Positions 1-10,558 are shown, counted from the first letter of the stretch. The stretch is DNA of 49,954 bases from Bacilli bacterium (GCA_028684255.1 JAQUGJ010000001.1:1-49954); one strand, 5' to 3'. Notes: generated from the letters alone by a model not told the origin. Program-made: numbers and translations.

Positions 1-1382
1 TCTGAAAATCTTAAATGTCCTAAAGTAATACCTCCCGATTTTTTAGAATCATATTGGAAGTATCCTTGAGCATATTTTGATGTATAATTTCCAATTAATT
101 TTATTATTGATTTAGAAGCACTTACCATTCCGTCGCTTCCATAACCATAAATTAAAAATTCAAGTGAATCACTGATTTTATATTCTTTATCAAGTTTTAA
201 ACTTAAATGGGTTACATCATCTTCTATTCCAATTGTAAAGTTGTTAACCGGATTAGTTTTTAACATATCATAAACAGCTTTTATTTGTGCTGGATTTGTA
301 TCTTTTGAAGATAATCCATATCGACCACCATATACTTCAATTTCTTTATCTTTTAAAGAGGCTACTATATCTAAATAAAGAGGTTCTCCTATTGATCCAG
401 ATTCTTTAGTACGATCTAAAACTGCTATTTTTTTAACTGTATTAGGAATTACATTTATTAAATATTCTTTGGAGAAAGGTCTATATAAATGTACTTCAAT
501 AAGACCGATTTCGCTTTTTTCATAATCAATCACCGTTTTTATTGTTTCACAAACAGAACCCATTGCTACTATTACATATTTTGCATTTGGATTCCCATAG
601 TAGTTAAATGGTTTATAATCTGTTTTAGCAATTGTATTAATTTTTTCCATATAATTATTTACTATATGAGTAACATTATCATAATCTTTATTTCTTGATT
701 CTGTTACTTGAAAATAAATATCATCATTTTGGGCTGTACCTTTAGTTACTGGATTTAAAGGATTTAAAGCTCTTTTACGAAAGTTAGAAACTGCTTCTTT
801 ATCTAGAAGTTCCTCAAGATCGGATTTTTCTAACATATCTATTTTATTAATTTCATGACTAGTTCTAAAACCATCAAAGAAATGTAAGAACGGTAAACTA
901 GATTTTATTGCTGACAAATGTGCTACTGCCGCTAAATGGGCGGCATCTTGAACTGAAGAAGATGCAAGTAAACAAAATCCAGTTTGTCTTGCTGCATATA
1001 TGTCTTGATGATCTCCAAATATACTAAGTGCATGAGTTGATAAACTTCTAGCAGCCACATGCAATACGCCTGGTAACAATTCTCCTGCCATTTTATACAT
1101 ATTAGGAATCATTAATAATAATCCTTGGCTAGCAGTAAAAGTAGTTGTCAATAATCCTGTTTGCAAAGAACCATGAATCATTCCAGCGGCTCCCGCTTCA
1201 GATTGCATTTCAACTACCTTTACTTTATCTTCAAATAAATTTAATAATCCCTCATTACTCCAAGAATCTACTAATTCTGCCATCGTACTAGATGGAGTTA
1301 TTGGATAGATACCCGCTACTTCAGTAAACATATATGCAACTTTTGCACATGCTTCATTTCCATCAACTGTTATCTTTTTCAT
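1..1382 (-). CDS. nifJ: pyruvate:ferredoxin (flavodoxin) oxidoreductase, N-terminal ~460 codons; gene runs off the window start
   Basis: Not in the ORF track because no stop lies in the window. My translation from ATG at 1380-1382 gives MKKITVDGNEACAKVAYMFTEVAGIYPITPSSTMAE..., typical of the PFOR N-terminal domain. AGGAGG sits 4 nt upstream. Confidence 0.8.
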   Translation of the reverse strand, partial: MKKITVDGNEACAKVAYMFTEVAGIYPITPSSTMAELVDSWSNEGLLNLFEDKVKVVEMQSEAGAAGMIHGSLQTGLLTTTFTASQGLLLMIPNMYKMAGELLPGVLHVAARSLSTHALSIFGDHQDIYAARQTGFCLLASSSVQDAAHLAAVAHLSAIKSSLPFLHFFDGFRTSHEINKIDMLEKSDLEELLDKEAVSNFRKRALNPLNPVTKGTAQNDDIYFQVTESRNKDYDNVTHIVNNYMEKINTIAKTDYKPFNYYGNPNAKYVIVAMGSVCETIKTVIDYEKSEIGLIEVHLYRPFSKEYLINVIPNTVKKIAVLDRTKESGSIGEPLYLDIVASLKDKEIEVYGGRYGLSSKDTNPAQIKAVYDMLKTNPVNNFTIGIEDDVTHLSLKLDKEYKISDSLEFLIYGYGSDGMVSASKSIIKLIGNYTSKYAQGYFQYDSKKSGGITLGHLRFS

Positions 1383-1393
1383 ATTTCCTCCTA

Positions 1394-2044
1394 TTAAAAA
1401 TTATTGTATTTTGTTTTTTCAAATTCACTTAATTCTCTTATTCTTTTAGCAATTCCTTCAAAATTTTTATGTAACATATAACTCTTAAATGTTTCTTGTT
1501 CTTCTTTTGCCAATACTATTGGAAATAAATTATTTTTTAATAATTCATAATTAATAATAAAAGTAATTGTTTTAAATATTTCTTTTTCAAACAGACGATT
1601 AAAAGTTATATCATTATAAAGATACCCTAATTTATGGTGTATACTTATATTTTTACCATTATAAGAGTTAATTATTTCATCTAATTGTTCATCTACTGTT
1701 TTTAAATTAGATTTGAAAAACATTCCTTCTTTTTCTATTACTTGATATATTTTTTTGTCAGTTAAAAGTCTATTTACTTCATAAATAAATTCTTTATCTA
1801 ATGGTTTATTATTCCTAGATTCTTTTAAAATATAATCAAAAGTTATATACGTATTAATAATTTCGTATAGATCATTACTTTTATATAATTTATAACTAAA
1901 CTTTTCTCTGTCAAACAATAAAGCATAGATTTCAACACTATTTAAATTATTTAAAGATAGTTTTCCTAATTCCAAACAAAGTCTGACAGTATAATCCTTC
2001 AAATACTCTTTTTTATTTAATATGGATTCTAAAGCATTATTCAC
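1394..2044 (-). CDS. hypothetical protein, possibly a degenerate (catalytically dead) Fic-fold protein
   Basis: 216-aa ORF with GTG start overlapping the rpe stop. The segment HHKLGYLYNDITFNRLFEKEIFKTITFIINYELLKNNLFPIV has the spacing of the Fic core HPFxDGNGRxxRxxxNxxLxxxGxP, but the catalytic residues are replaced. Confidence 0.55.
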   Translation of the reverse strand: MNNALESILNKKEYLKDYTVRLCLELGKLSLNNLNSVEIYALLFDREKFSYKLYKSNDLYEIINTYITFDYILKESRNNKPLDKEFIYEVNRLLTDKKIYQVIEKEGMFFKSNLKTVDEQLDEIINSYNGKNISIHHKLGYLYNDITFNRLFEKEIFKTITFIINYELLKNNLFPIVLAKEEQETFKSYMLHKNFEGIAKRIRELSEFEKTKYNNF

Positions 2045-2667
2045 TTGATCACCTTCTTTATTTGTTCTTCATAGTCGTCACTATTAGTAATAAAACTCCC
2101 AATTACTAAGATATCTGCATCTTTACAATAATCAACAGTTTCATCATTAATACCACCATCTACTTCAATCAAAAAATTATATTTTTTTTGTTGTTCTTTT
2201 AATTTACTTATTTTTTCACTTGTGGTTTTAATAAATTTTTGTCCACCTGCTCCAGGTTCGACACTCATTAATAGAACTAAATCTAAATATTTTAAATATG
2301 GTTCCAATTTACTTATTTCAGTATTTGGTTTTATTGAAAAACCGACTTTTATATTTTTAGATTTGATATAATCAATAACTTCTATGGGATTTTGGAGTGC
2401 CTCTAAATGTACAGTTATAAAATGTGGATTTAAAGTAGCAAAGGAATCGATATATTTATATATATCTTTTACCATAAGATGAACATCTTTTGGTTTTGTT
2501 GTTCCTTCTAATATTTTACTTACTTCTTTAATATCCCAAGTTTTATTAGATACAAATTCACCATCCATTATATCGACATGAAGATAGTCAATACTTGTAT
2601 TATCTAATTTTCTTACATTTTCTTTTATGTTTTCAGTGATTGATAAAAAAGATACTGCTATTTTCAT
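2041..2667 (-). CDS. rpe: ribulose-phosphate 3-epimerase
   Basis: HVDIMDG, HLMV, VEPGAGGQKF and EVDGGIN motifs; conserved position after rsgA. Confidence 0.9.
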   Translation of the reverse strand: MKIAVSFLSITENIKENVRKLDNTSIDYLHVDIMDGEFVSNKTWDIKEVSKILEGTTKPKDVHLMVKDIYKYIDSFATLNPHFITVHLEALQNPIEVIDYIKSKNIKVGFSIKPNTEISKLEPYLKYLDLVLLMSVEPGAGGQKFIKTTSEKISKLKEQQKKYNFLIEVDGGINDETVDYCKDADILVIGSFITNSDDYEEQIKKVIK

Positions 2668-2675
2668 GTTCCCTC

Positions 2676-3506
2676 CTATTTATTTATAAACTTTAGATAA
2701 TTGTTATATCTACTTATTAAAATTTCTTTATTATTTACTTTCTCTTTGATTATACAATGATCTTCTTTAATATGATTACAATCTCTATATTTACACTCAT
2801 CACGATATAGATTAAATTCAACAAAATTATCCCTTATTTGTTCATTTGTTAAAATATTTATATCGATTGCTGAAAAACCCGGTGTATCGGCAACCCATCC
2901 TTTGCATACGTTTAATAATTCAGTATGTCTAGTAGTATGTTTCCCTCTTCCGAGCGTTAAAGAAATTTCATTGGTTTTTAAATTTAAATTTTCATCTAAC
3001 TTATTTAACAAAGTACTTTTTCCACTGCCACTTTGACCAGTAAAAACAGTTATTTTGTTTTCTAATATTTCTTTTATTTTATCCAATTCATTATTAAAGA
3101 ATACTTTATATCCTATTTTTTGATAGTAATTTTTGTATATTTCGATTTCCTTTAATTCTTTTTCATTCAAAAGATCTGTTTTCGACATACAAATTATTGG
3201 TAGTATATTGTTATATTCAATAATTACTAATAGTTTATCCAATAAATTAGTATCAAAATCAGGATTTTTAGTACTAACTAATATTATTACTTGGTCAATG
3301 TTTACAACAGGTGGCCTTGTTAATTCGTTTTTACGCGGTAATATTTCTAAAATATATTGATTTTCAACATCTATTTTGACAATATCTCCCACTAAAGGTG
3401 TTTGATTTTGATTTCTAAATTTTCCTCTAGGTTTACAAACATACTTTTTATCCTCTACCAACACTGTATAATCATTACTAATGTTTTTTATTATCTTACC
3501 AATCAT
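2676..3506 (-). CDS. rsgA: ribosome small-subunit-dependent GTPase A
   Basis: Circularly permuted GTPase with GQSGSGKSTLLN P-loop and C-terminal Cys/His cluster CKYRDCNHIKEDHC. Confidence 0.9.
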   Translation of the reverse strand: MIGKIIKNISNDYTVLVEDKKYVCKPRGKFRNQNQTPLVGDIVKIDVENQYILEILPRKNELTRPPVVNIDQVIILVSTKNPDFDTNLLDKLLVIIEYNNILPIICMSKTDLLNEKELKEIEIYKNYYQKIGYKVFFNNELDKIKEILENKITVFTGQSGSGKSTLLNKLDENLNLKTNEISLTLGRGKHTTRHTELLNVCKGWVADTPGFSAIDINILTNEQIRDNFVEFNLYRDECKYRDCNHIKEDHCIIKEKVNNKEILISRYNNYLKFINK

Positions 3507-5218
3507 TATTCCTCTTCTTCAACCACTAATACTGCTTTTGCAATAACTATTCTTAAAGAAGCTTTAGCAACAACAGCAGCTCCTGGACTTCTATTTTGGC
3601 TAATAATTTTACCTGGTGTATATTCTGATGTTTCAACATAGTCAAAAGTACATACTAAACTATATTGAGTACAAAAATCTTTAATATCACTTTCACTATA
3701 GTTTTCTGCCTTAAAGTCGGGATATTCTGTTATTATATTTGGAATATATAAAGTAATTGTATCACCCTCTGAAAGGTATGTTCCCTTTTCAGGAGATTGT
3801 TCTAAAATGTCAGATTCTTTTTTATTACTATCTTTTGAAACATCTTGTTTTTTTGTTAAAACATATAGACCTTTTTCTTCGAGCATCCCTTTTACTTCAT
3901 AGTAATTTCCACCAACATAATTATCGATTAAAATCTTATTATCTCCTAATGACACTATTAATTTTATTTCAGTTCCTTGTTTTCTAACTGATCCAAATAC
4001 AGGTGTGGTTTTTACTACTAATCCTTCTTCAATATCAGTACTATTAGCCTCACCATATTCTGTACTTATTTCAAAACCTAAATCTTTTAATTTTTTTTCG
4101 GCTTCTAAAACTGTTAATCCTGATACATCAGGAATTGGATTTTCTTTTACTTTTGTTACTTTGGGTAATATGATAGCAAAAACTAATAAGATAACTGCCA
4201 TAAGTAAGCAGATAGTTCCTGTTATCCAAATTAATGTGTTAAGAACTGTTTTTTCTTTTTTAGTTGTTTTTACCAAAGTATCACTCTCTTCTAATACTTG
4301 TTTTTCTTTTATATCCTTTACTGCTTTTAATTTTTTTGTTTCTTCTAAGTCATTTTCAGGGTGCTTATGAACTATCCTTTTTTCATTAGCTCTTTCTTCG
4401 TCTAATGCTGTACTTATATCGTCGTGCATCTCCATTGCGTTGGCATATCTATTTTTAGGATTTTTAGCAGTTGCTTTTAAAATAATGTTTTCTAATGATT
4501 GTGGTAGTTCTGGATTTGACTTAGAAATACTAGGAATAGGTTCTTTTAATTGTTTAATTGCTATTTCGACAGCATTGTCACCTTTAAAAGGAACCTTTCC
4601 AGTAATTAATTCATACATCAATATTCCAAGTGAATATATATCGCTTCTTATTGTTGAACCACTACCGTTTGCTTGTTCTGGTGGTAGATAATGAACTGAT
4701 CCCATCACTGAGTTAGTTTGTGTTAATTCATTAGCATTTATTGCTAAAGCAATTCCAAAATCAGTTATTTTTACTATACCATCATCTAATATCATAACAT
4801 TTTGTGGTTTAATATCACGATGTATTATATAACTTTCATGAGCACAAGCAATTGCGCTGGTTAGTTGTAACATGATATCTATTACTTCTGGTAAAGTTAA
4901 AGCACCTCTTTTTTTAATTAAGTTCTTTAATGTTTTACCATCAATAAATTCCATAACGATAAAGTAATTTCCATCATCTTCTCCAACGTCATACATTTCA
5001 ACTATATTAGGGTGTGATAAAGAAGACGCTGATATTGCTTCTCTTTGAAATTTTTTAACGAATTTTTCATCATCCGCTAAATCACCTCTTAAAATTTTAA
5101 CAGCAACGTTTCGATCTAAAATAGTGTCATACGCTAAATAAACATTAGCCATCCCACCTTCACCAATCGTTCTAATTATCTGATAGCGATCATTTATTTT
5201 CTGACCTTTTATCACCAT
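3506..5218 (-). CDS. prkC: Ser/Thr protein kinase with three PASTA repeats
   Basis: Hanks kinase motifs GEGGMANVY, HRDIKPQN, DFG and PPE; one TM segment; three C-terminal PASTA-like repeats. Confidence 0.9.
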   Translation of the reverse strand: MVIKGQKINDRYQIIRTIGEGGMANVYLAYDTILDRNVAVKILRGDLADDEKFVKKFQREAISASSLSHPNIVEMYDVGEDDGNYFIVMEFIDGKTLKNLIKKRGALTLPEVIDIMLQLTSAIACAHESYIIHRDIKPQNVMILDDGIVKITDFGIALAINANELTQTNSVMGSVHYLPPEQANGSGSTIRSDIYSLGILMYELITGKVPFKGDNAVEIAIKQLKEPIPSISKSNPELPQSLENIILKATAKNPKNRYANAMEMHDDISTALDEERANEKRIVHKHPENDLEETKKLKAVKDIKEKQVLEESDTLVKTTKKEKTVLNTLIWITGTICLLMAVILLVFAIILPKVTKVKENPIPDVSGLTVLEAEKKLKDLGFEISTEYGEANSTDIEEGLVVKTTPVFGSVRKQGTEIKLIVSLGDNKILIDNYVGGNYYEVKGMLEEKGLYVLTKKQDVSKDSNKKESDILEQSPEKGTYLSEGDTITLYIPNIITEYPDFKAENYSESDIKDFCTQYSLVCTFDYVETSEYTPGKIISQNRSPGAAVVAKASLRIVIAKAVLVVEEEE

Positions 5219-5955
5219 TATTTTTCACCTCTCATATCAAGTAATGCAACCGATATATTATCGTTTCCTCCTCGGTTATTACTTTTTTGAATTAATTTTT
5301 GTAATTTTTCATCTACTGGTTTTTTTTCGTTTATAACCTTTTCTATTGTCTCATCATCTAACATATTTGTTAAACCATCGCTACAAAGCATTATTCCTTG
5401 AATTTCATCATCAACATCGAAAATATCCATTTCTACTTGTGTATTTGTACCTAAAGCTCGCATTAAAATGTTTTTTCTTGGATGTTCTTGTGCTTCTTCT
5501 TTAGTTAATTTTCCAGATTTATACAATAAATTTACTAATGTGTGATCTTCTGTTATCTTATGTAATCTATTATTTCTGATTACATATCCAGAACTATCAC
5601 CAATATTTCCAAAAATTAAGAAATTTTTTGTATAAATTGCCATAACCAGAGTAGTTCCCATTCCAGTGCTCTCTTTATGTTCATTAGTATATTTATAGAT
5701 TGCCGAATTAGCCTCACTTACTATTTCTTTGAGCCAATTCATAGTATCTTCTTTATCTCCAATACTTCCCATTGATTCAAATCTTTTGCCAATTTGACTA
5801 ACGACAATATTTGCAGCTATTTCACCACCGCGATGACCACCCATACCGTCTGCAACAATCATTAATATTTCATAGTTTTTATTTTTGACAACTAAAACAC
5901 TATCTTCATTATGATCTCTTACTTTTCCTGGATCTGTTAAATAAAAATATTCCAT
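5218..5955 (-). CDS. prpC: PP2C-family Ser/Thr phosphatase
   Basis: RDHNEDS, ADGMGGH, CSDGL and GGNDNIS motifs. I prefer the start at MEYFYLTD (ATG 5953-5955, RBS TAAGGAGTG) over the track start at 6015, which overlaps rlmN. Confidence 0.85.
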   Translation of the reverse strand: MEYFYLTDPGKVRDHNEDSVLVVKNKNYEILMIVADGMGGHRGGEIAANIVVSQIGKRFESMGSIGDKEDTMNWLKEIVSEANSAIYKYTNEHKESTGMGTTLVMAIYTKNFLIFGNIGDSSGYVIRNNRLHKITEDHTLVNLLYKSGKLTKEEAQEHPRKNILMRALGTNTQVEMDIFDVDDEIQGIMLCSDGLTNMLDDETIEKVINEKKPVDEKLQKLIQKSNNRGGNDNISVALLDMRGEK

Positions 5956-5959
5956 TTTT

Positions 5960-6970
5960 TCACTCCTTAGAATTTGAACGAAGTTGACCACAGGCAGCAC
6001 TAACTTTTGATCCAAATTCCCTTCTTACGGTAACTTGTATCTTATTTTTTTTCAGTGTGTCGTAGAATTCCATTACTTTATCACTTTTTTTGAATTTATT
6101 TTTTGTTTCATTATAAGGAATTAAATTAACGTAACAATTTAACCCTCTTAATAATTTTGATAGCTCTAAAGCACTCTCATAACTATCATTTACATCCTTT
6201 AATAAAATGTATTCAAATGTTATTCTTCTATTAGTTGTTTCTATATACCTTTTTATAGTACCAATTAAGTTATTTATATTATAAACCTTGTTAATTGGCA
6301 TTAGCGAAGATCTAAGTTCGTCATTAGCAGCATGTAGGCTAATAGCTAAATTAACTTGTTTGTTAATCTCCATAAATTTAATTATTTTAGGTGTAATACC
6401 ACAAGTAGAAACAGTAATATGTCTACTTCCAATATTTATCCCTTTTGGATGATTGATTATTTCAATAAACTTCATTACGTTTTCAAAGTTATCAAAAGGT
6501 TCACCTATTCCCATAAGAACAAGATGAGTAATTTTTATCCCAAGGTCTTTTTCAATCACTAAGATTTGATTTATCATTTCACTTGCTTCAAGATCTCTTA
6601 TTTTCTTTAGTTTGCCACTTTCACAAAAAGCACAGTTCATATTACAACCTATTTGAGTTGATATACATAAGCTGTTACCATAATTATGAAACATTAAAAC
6701 TGCTTCAATTGTATTATCATCATTTAAATTTAATAAGTATTTTTTAACATCAGCATCTTCTTCTTTTTTTAATACACTCATATTATTAAATTCGAAATTA
6801 GTATTTAAAAAATCTATTAACTCTTTTTTTAAATTAGTCATCTCTTCAAAAGATGATACCCTTTTTTGATATAACCAATCATAAATTTGACTTGCGTTAT
6901 ATTTTTTAAAATTGTTTTCTATTAATATTTTTTCTAATTCTTCTAGTTTATAATTATATATATTTTTCAT
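5960..6970 (-). CDS. rlmN: 23S rRNA/tRNA (adenine-C2)-methyltransferase, radical SAM
   Basis: CNMNCAFC radical-SAM cluster motif; C-terminal AACGQL; conserved position upstream of prpC-prkC. Confidence 0.9.
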   Translation of the reverse strand: MKNIYNYKLEELEKILIENNFKKYNASQIYDWLYQKRVSSFEEMTNLKKELIDFLNTNFEFNNMSVLKKEEDADVKKYLLNLNDDNTIEAVLMFHNYGNSLCISTQIGCNMNCAFCESGKLKKIRDLEASEMINQILVIEKDLGIKITHLVLMGIGEPFDNFENVMKFIEIINHPKGINIGSRHITVSTCGITPKIIKFMEINKQVNLAISLHAANDELRSSLMPINKVYNINNLIGTIKRYIETTNRRITFEYILLKDVNDSYESALELSKLLRGLNCYVNLIPYNETKNKFKKSDKVMEFYDTLKKNKIQVTVRREFGSKVSAACGQLRSNSKE

Positions 6971-6985
6971 ATTCCACCTATTTTC

Positions 6986-6994
6986 ATTATATCA
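6986..6994 (-). promoter_or_regulatory. putative extended -10 promoter (TGaTATAAT) for the rlmN operon
   Basis: Minus strand reads TTTTTGATATAATGAAAATAGGTGGAATATG. TATAAT is at 6986-6991 and TG at 6993-6994. No good -35 was found. Confidence 0.4.
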
Positions 6995-7023
6995 AAAATA
7001 TATTGAAATTGATATATATTATT

Positions 7024-7050
7024 ACAAAAAAAAAGACCGCTATCAGTCTT
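7024..7050 (-). terminator. rho-independent terminator after secG
   Basis: Minus strand AAGACTG-ATAG-CGGTCTT: 7-bp stem with one G-U pair, followed by a run of 9 T, 4 nt after the secG stop. Confidence 0.6.
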
Positions 7051-7054
7051 GAAA

Positions 7055-7273
7055 TTATAATACCGTACAAATAACTATAAAAATAATCCCTAAAATCATT
7101 GTCAGTCTTGTAATGAAAAGTTCCCCGCCTCTTTCTTTACGATTTGCAAATAAACTATCATTACCACCAGATATTATATTTGAAGCTCCTTCTGTTTTAC
7201 CACCTTGTAACAAAAAGATTGCTATTAACAATATTGATACTATATTTAATACTATATGTAAAAAAGTTTCCAT
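7055..7273 (-). CDS. secG: preprotein translocase subunit SecG
   Basis: 72 aa with two TM helices separated by a Gly-rich loop (LLQGGKTEGASNIISGG). Confidence 0.8.
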   Translation of the reverse strand: METFLHIVLNIVSILLIAIFLLQGGKTEGASNIISGGNDSLFANRKERGGELFITRLTMILGIIFIVICTVL

Positions 7274-7319
7274 TTTTCACCTCTCACACTTAATAATTTA
7301 TCATATTTTTAAATGAAAA

Positions 7320-8024
7320 TCAATTATTTATGGTACTTTCTATAAATAATTTAAAAATTTCATTACTTTTAACATCATTTTGTGCTAAAACTTCGGGATG
7401 CCATTGTACTCCTAAAGCAAATTTTTTATTAGGATTTTCAATTGCCTCTATTATTCCATCTTCTGAATATGCTGATATTTTAAACTCATTTGTTTTAAGT
7501 ATATGATAATTATGAACACTGTTTACCATTACTTTTTCAGTTTGGTATATTTTTTGCAATAAAGAATTTTCTTCAATATTTATGTGATGAACTTGAGCTA
7601 CTCCTCTTTGACGATGATTTATTTCAGTTTCATTTCTTTCAACTTTTTGAGGACTTTGTTCTTTCTTAACATTATCAACATATGCCATTAATTGCATGCC
7701 CATACAGATTCCTAACAAAGGAATATCTTTTTCTAGAGAATAACGACAAATTACTTCATCATATTCAAACCATTTTTCTCCACCCGGCATTATTATACCA
7801 TCGCATTTATCAACTATTGTATATAGGTATTCAATTTGTTCTTGTATTAATCTATCTGCTTGTGATGGTACAGTTTCACTATAATTTATATCTTGGGGAG
7901 GCAATATTAATATCGGAATTCCCCCATTATTGATAACAATTTTACGATAATTTTCATAAGTGTATAAAAAACTTCCAATTTCATCTTTATCACTTCTTGC
8001 TACTATCCCAATTATTGGTTTCAT
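7320..8024 (-). CDS. class I glutamine amidotransferase / gamma-glutamyl-GABA hydrolase family (peptidase C26)
   Basis: Nucleophile elbow GICMGMQ and VQWHPE His/Glu motif. Confidence 0.8.
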   Translation of the reverse strand: MKPIIGIVARSDKDEIGSFLYTYENYRKIVINNGGIPILILPPQDINYSETVPSQADRLIQEQIEYLYTIVDKCDGIIMPGGEKWFEYDEVICRYSLEKDIPLLGICMGMQLMAYVDNVKKEQSPQKVERNETEINHRQRGVAQVHHINIEENSLLQKIYQTEKVMVNSVHNYHILKTNEFKISAYSEDGIIEAIENPNKKFALGVQWHPEVLAQNDVKSNEIFKLFIESTINN

Positions 8025-8031
8025 ATCTCAC

Positions 8032-9300
8032 CTACTTTGGTTCTATTTCATATGTAAATTGATTTGATAAGTCAATATGATCTATAACCTCTTTTATCTC
8101 ATCAATGGTTACATTTTTAATTATATCTATTTCATTTTCGTATATATTGTTATAATTTGTCTTGTTCTCAACAATTCTATAATTTATCCCGGGAACATTA
8201 TCGTAGACTTTAATTATTGCACTGATGGCTGCTTTTTTCTTTCGTTCTAATTCTGATGCTGTTATATTTAAATCTTTTAGTTCATTGTTTATTTTTTTAA
8301 ATAATTCTTTACTATTTTCACTTTCAGATATTACTAACATTATAATGTGTTTCTTCATATCTAAAGAAGCAATATAAAGAGGTTCTGTAATAATTTTTTC
8401 GTCTCTTAATTGTTCGCTTAAAATTGATGTTGATCCTAATTTTAGTTCAAAAATATTATTAATTATAAATAATAGCTTTAATCTATCCATATTTTTTAAT
8501 TTTTCTACATTTATCTTATAACCAATTTCAACTTTAGGGATTGTTACATTCATTTTTATCTTTAAAGATTTTTTTGCTACTTTATCTTTTTCATTATATT
8601 GTTTAAATTTTACTTTTTGGGCCATATTTAAGTTTCTTTGTGTTTGATTTTCTTTAATTAAATCCATTGTTTTATCAGGATCAATATTTCCAGATATTAC
8701 AATAAACATATTAGAAGGATGATAAAAAGTGTTATAACACCTGTATAAATCTTCTTTTGTAATACTATTTATACTTTCTTTAGTTCCTATCAAAGATTTT
8801 TTATAAGACAATTCATTAAAAATAATTGCTAGTGTATCTAAATACATTCTATTATAAGGACTATCATTGATCATATTTAACTCTTGAATTATGATCCCTT
8901 TTTCTTTTTCAACGTTTTCTTCAGTAAAATAAGGATTTTGAACATAGTCTAATAAACATTTTAAATTTTCTTCAAAGAAATCTGGACCACTAAAAAGATA
9001 AGAGGTTCTTTCATAACTAGTATTAGCATTTGCATTAGTACCATTTTCCGCAAAGAAAGAAAAAATGTTTTTGCCATCTTCTTCTTCAAACATTTTGTGT
9101 TCTAAAAAATGCGCTATTCCTGCTGGAAACTCAACCATTTTATTCTCACCAATAGGAACAAATTCGATATCTTTACCACCAAATTTTGTGTTATAGGTTG
9201 CATATATATTGTTACCTTTTTTTGGTATCAAATATACTTCTAGTCCATTTTCCAATTTTTCATAATGAACAATTAAGTCAATTAGAGGTATCTTCTTCAT
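8032..9300 (-). CDS. M16 (pitrilysin) family zinc peptidase, active subunit
   Basis: Inverted zinc motif HFLEH; paired with an upstream M16 paralog as in ymfF/ymfH-type pairs. Confidence 0.8.
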   Translation of the reverse strand: MKKIPLIDLIVHYEKLENGLEVYLIPKKGNNIYATYNTKFGGKDIEFVPIGENKMVEFPAGIAHFLEHKMFEEEDGKNIFSFFAENGTNANANTSYERTSYLFSGPDFFEENLKCLLDYVQNPYFTEENVEKEKGIIIQELNMINDSPYNRMYLDTLAIIFNELSYKKSLIGTKESINSITKEDLYRCYNTFYHPSNMFIVISGNIDPDKTMDLIKENQTQRNLNMAQKVKFKQYNEKDKVAKKSLKIKMNVTIPKVEIGYKINVEKLKNMDRLKLLFIINNIFELKLGSTSILSEQLRDEKIITEPLYIASLDMKKHIIMLVISESENSKELFKKINNELKDLNITASELERKKKAAISAIIKVYDNVPGINYRIVENKTNYNNIYENEIDIIKNVTIDEIKEVIDHIDLSNQFTYEIEPK

Positions 9301-10558
9301 TCGAACCTCCTTCTAATAAGAATATTGTATCTAAGTTTATCTTTTTACTAAAATTCACAATCATACTTTTTGTTACTTTTAATATCTCTTTTTTTCTTAA
9401 TTCTAATAAATCAAAATTTAAATACTCATATGAGGCATATAAGTTTATAATTGCACTTATCGAATCTTCTAATTCTTTAAATGAACTTAAATAAGTTTTT
9501 TTTCCTGCTTCAATATCCTCATCTTTAAAATTTCCTAAAGTCATATCTTTTAACACTTGTTTTATTATTTTAGTGGCTTTCTTATATTGATTAGCATCTA
9601 TACCAGCTGTTATCATCATAGTGTTATTAACAACTGATATTGAAGAACTTATTCCATAACATAAAGAATTTTTTTCCCTTACTTCTTTAAATAACTTAGA
9701 ATCTGCTCCACCACCTAATATATAATTATATATTATTGAAACATATTTTTTTTCAAAATCCGTTAATTTATCTAATTTAAATCCAAGTACTAAAGTAGAT
9801 TGTTCATAATCTTTTTTTTCTTTTATTGTCCTAGATTTTGTTTTAATTTTTTGATGTTCAAAATAATGAGGTTCGCTTTGTTTTTTAACGGTGTTTATCA
9901 TTAAATATTTATCGAATACATCCTTAAATACTTTTTGATCAAAATCACCAATAACAAAAATATCGACAATATCCTTTTTAATAACCTCTTTATAATATTC
10001 ATATATATCTTTTTCGTCTAATTTTTTTAAATCCTCTAAATAACCAACACTTTTATAAGATAATATACCACCCTTATTCATTTCTGATAAACAGCGATAT
10101 TTACTATATACAGTTGGATTATCATCAAATTGTTTTATATCATTTTCAAGTACGTTTTTTGCATTATTAAATGTTTTTTTATCGAACTTATTATCAACTA
10201 CATTTGGATTAAATATAAACTCTAAAAAAAACTTTAAAGATTCTTCTAAATTATTTGGTTCTGTATATTTATCGTTTAGAAAAAATGCATTAAAGCTCAT
10301 AATATTATATTTTCCTGACATTGTTGTATTCACCCCGAAGCCTACGTCATATAATTCTTCTCTTCTTATATCGACTAATCTCCTTGTTGGGTAATTTTTA
10401 GTTGATTCAAATAATATATTTACCAATAAATTTCTTTTAGTTATTTCTTCTTTAGTAAGTTTTTGTTTGAAATTAATTCTAATTCCAACATTTTTAAAAC
10501 GATCTGTTTTGACAAAGTGAACATTATATGCCAGTGTATTGTCTTTTCGATAGTTCAT
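9278..10558 (-). CDS. M16 family peptidase-like protein, probably the non-catalytic partner
   Basis: M16 length and layout but no HxxEH seen; 23-nt overlap with the downstream M16 gene. Confidence 0.7.
   Translation of the reverse strand: MNYRKDNTLAYNVHFVKTDRFKNVGIRINFKQKLTKEEITKRNLLVNILFESTKNYPTRRLVDIRREELYDVGFGVNTTMSGKYNIMSFNAFFLNDKYTEPNNLEESLKFFLEFIFNPNVVDNKFDKKTFNNAKNVLENDIKQFDDNPTVYSKYRCLSEMNKGGILSYKSVGYLEDLKKLDEKDIYEYYKEVIKKDIVDIFVIGDFDQKVFKDVFDKYLMINTVKKQSEPHYFEHQKIKTKSRTIKEKKDYEQSTLVLGFKLDKLTDFEKKYVSIIYNYILGGGADSKLFKEVREKNSLCYGISSSISVVNNTMMITAGIDANQYKKATKIIKQVLKDMTLGNFKDEDIEAGKKTYLSSFKELEDSISAIINLYASYEYLNFDLLELRKKEILKVTKSMIVNFSKKINLDTIFLLEGGSNEEDTSN

Noticed and set aside
5956-6015. 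Long N-terminal extensions in the ORF track (prpC to 6015, DedA-like to 16545, 207-aa protein to 11887, scpA to 39886, 533-aa protein to 38373).
   Set aside because: In each case an internal ATG has a properly spaced GGAGG-like RBS. The upstream start either overlaps that RBS or overlaps the preceding gene substantially.
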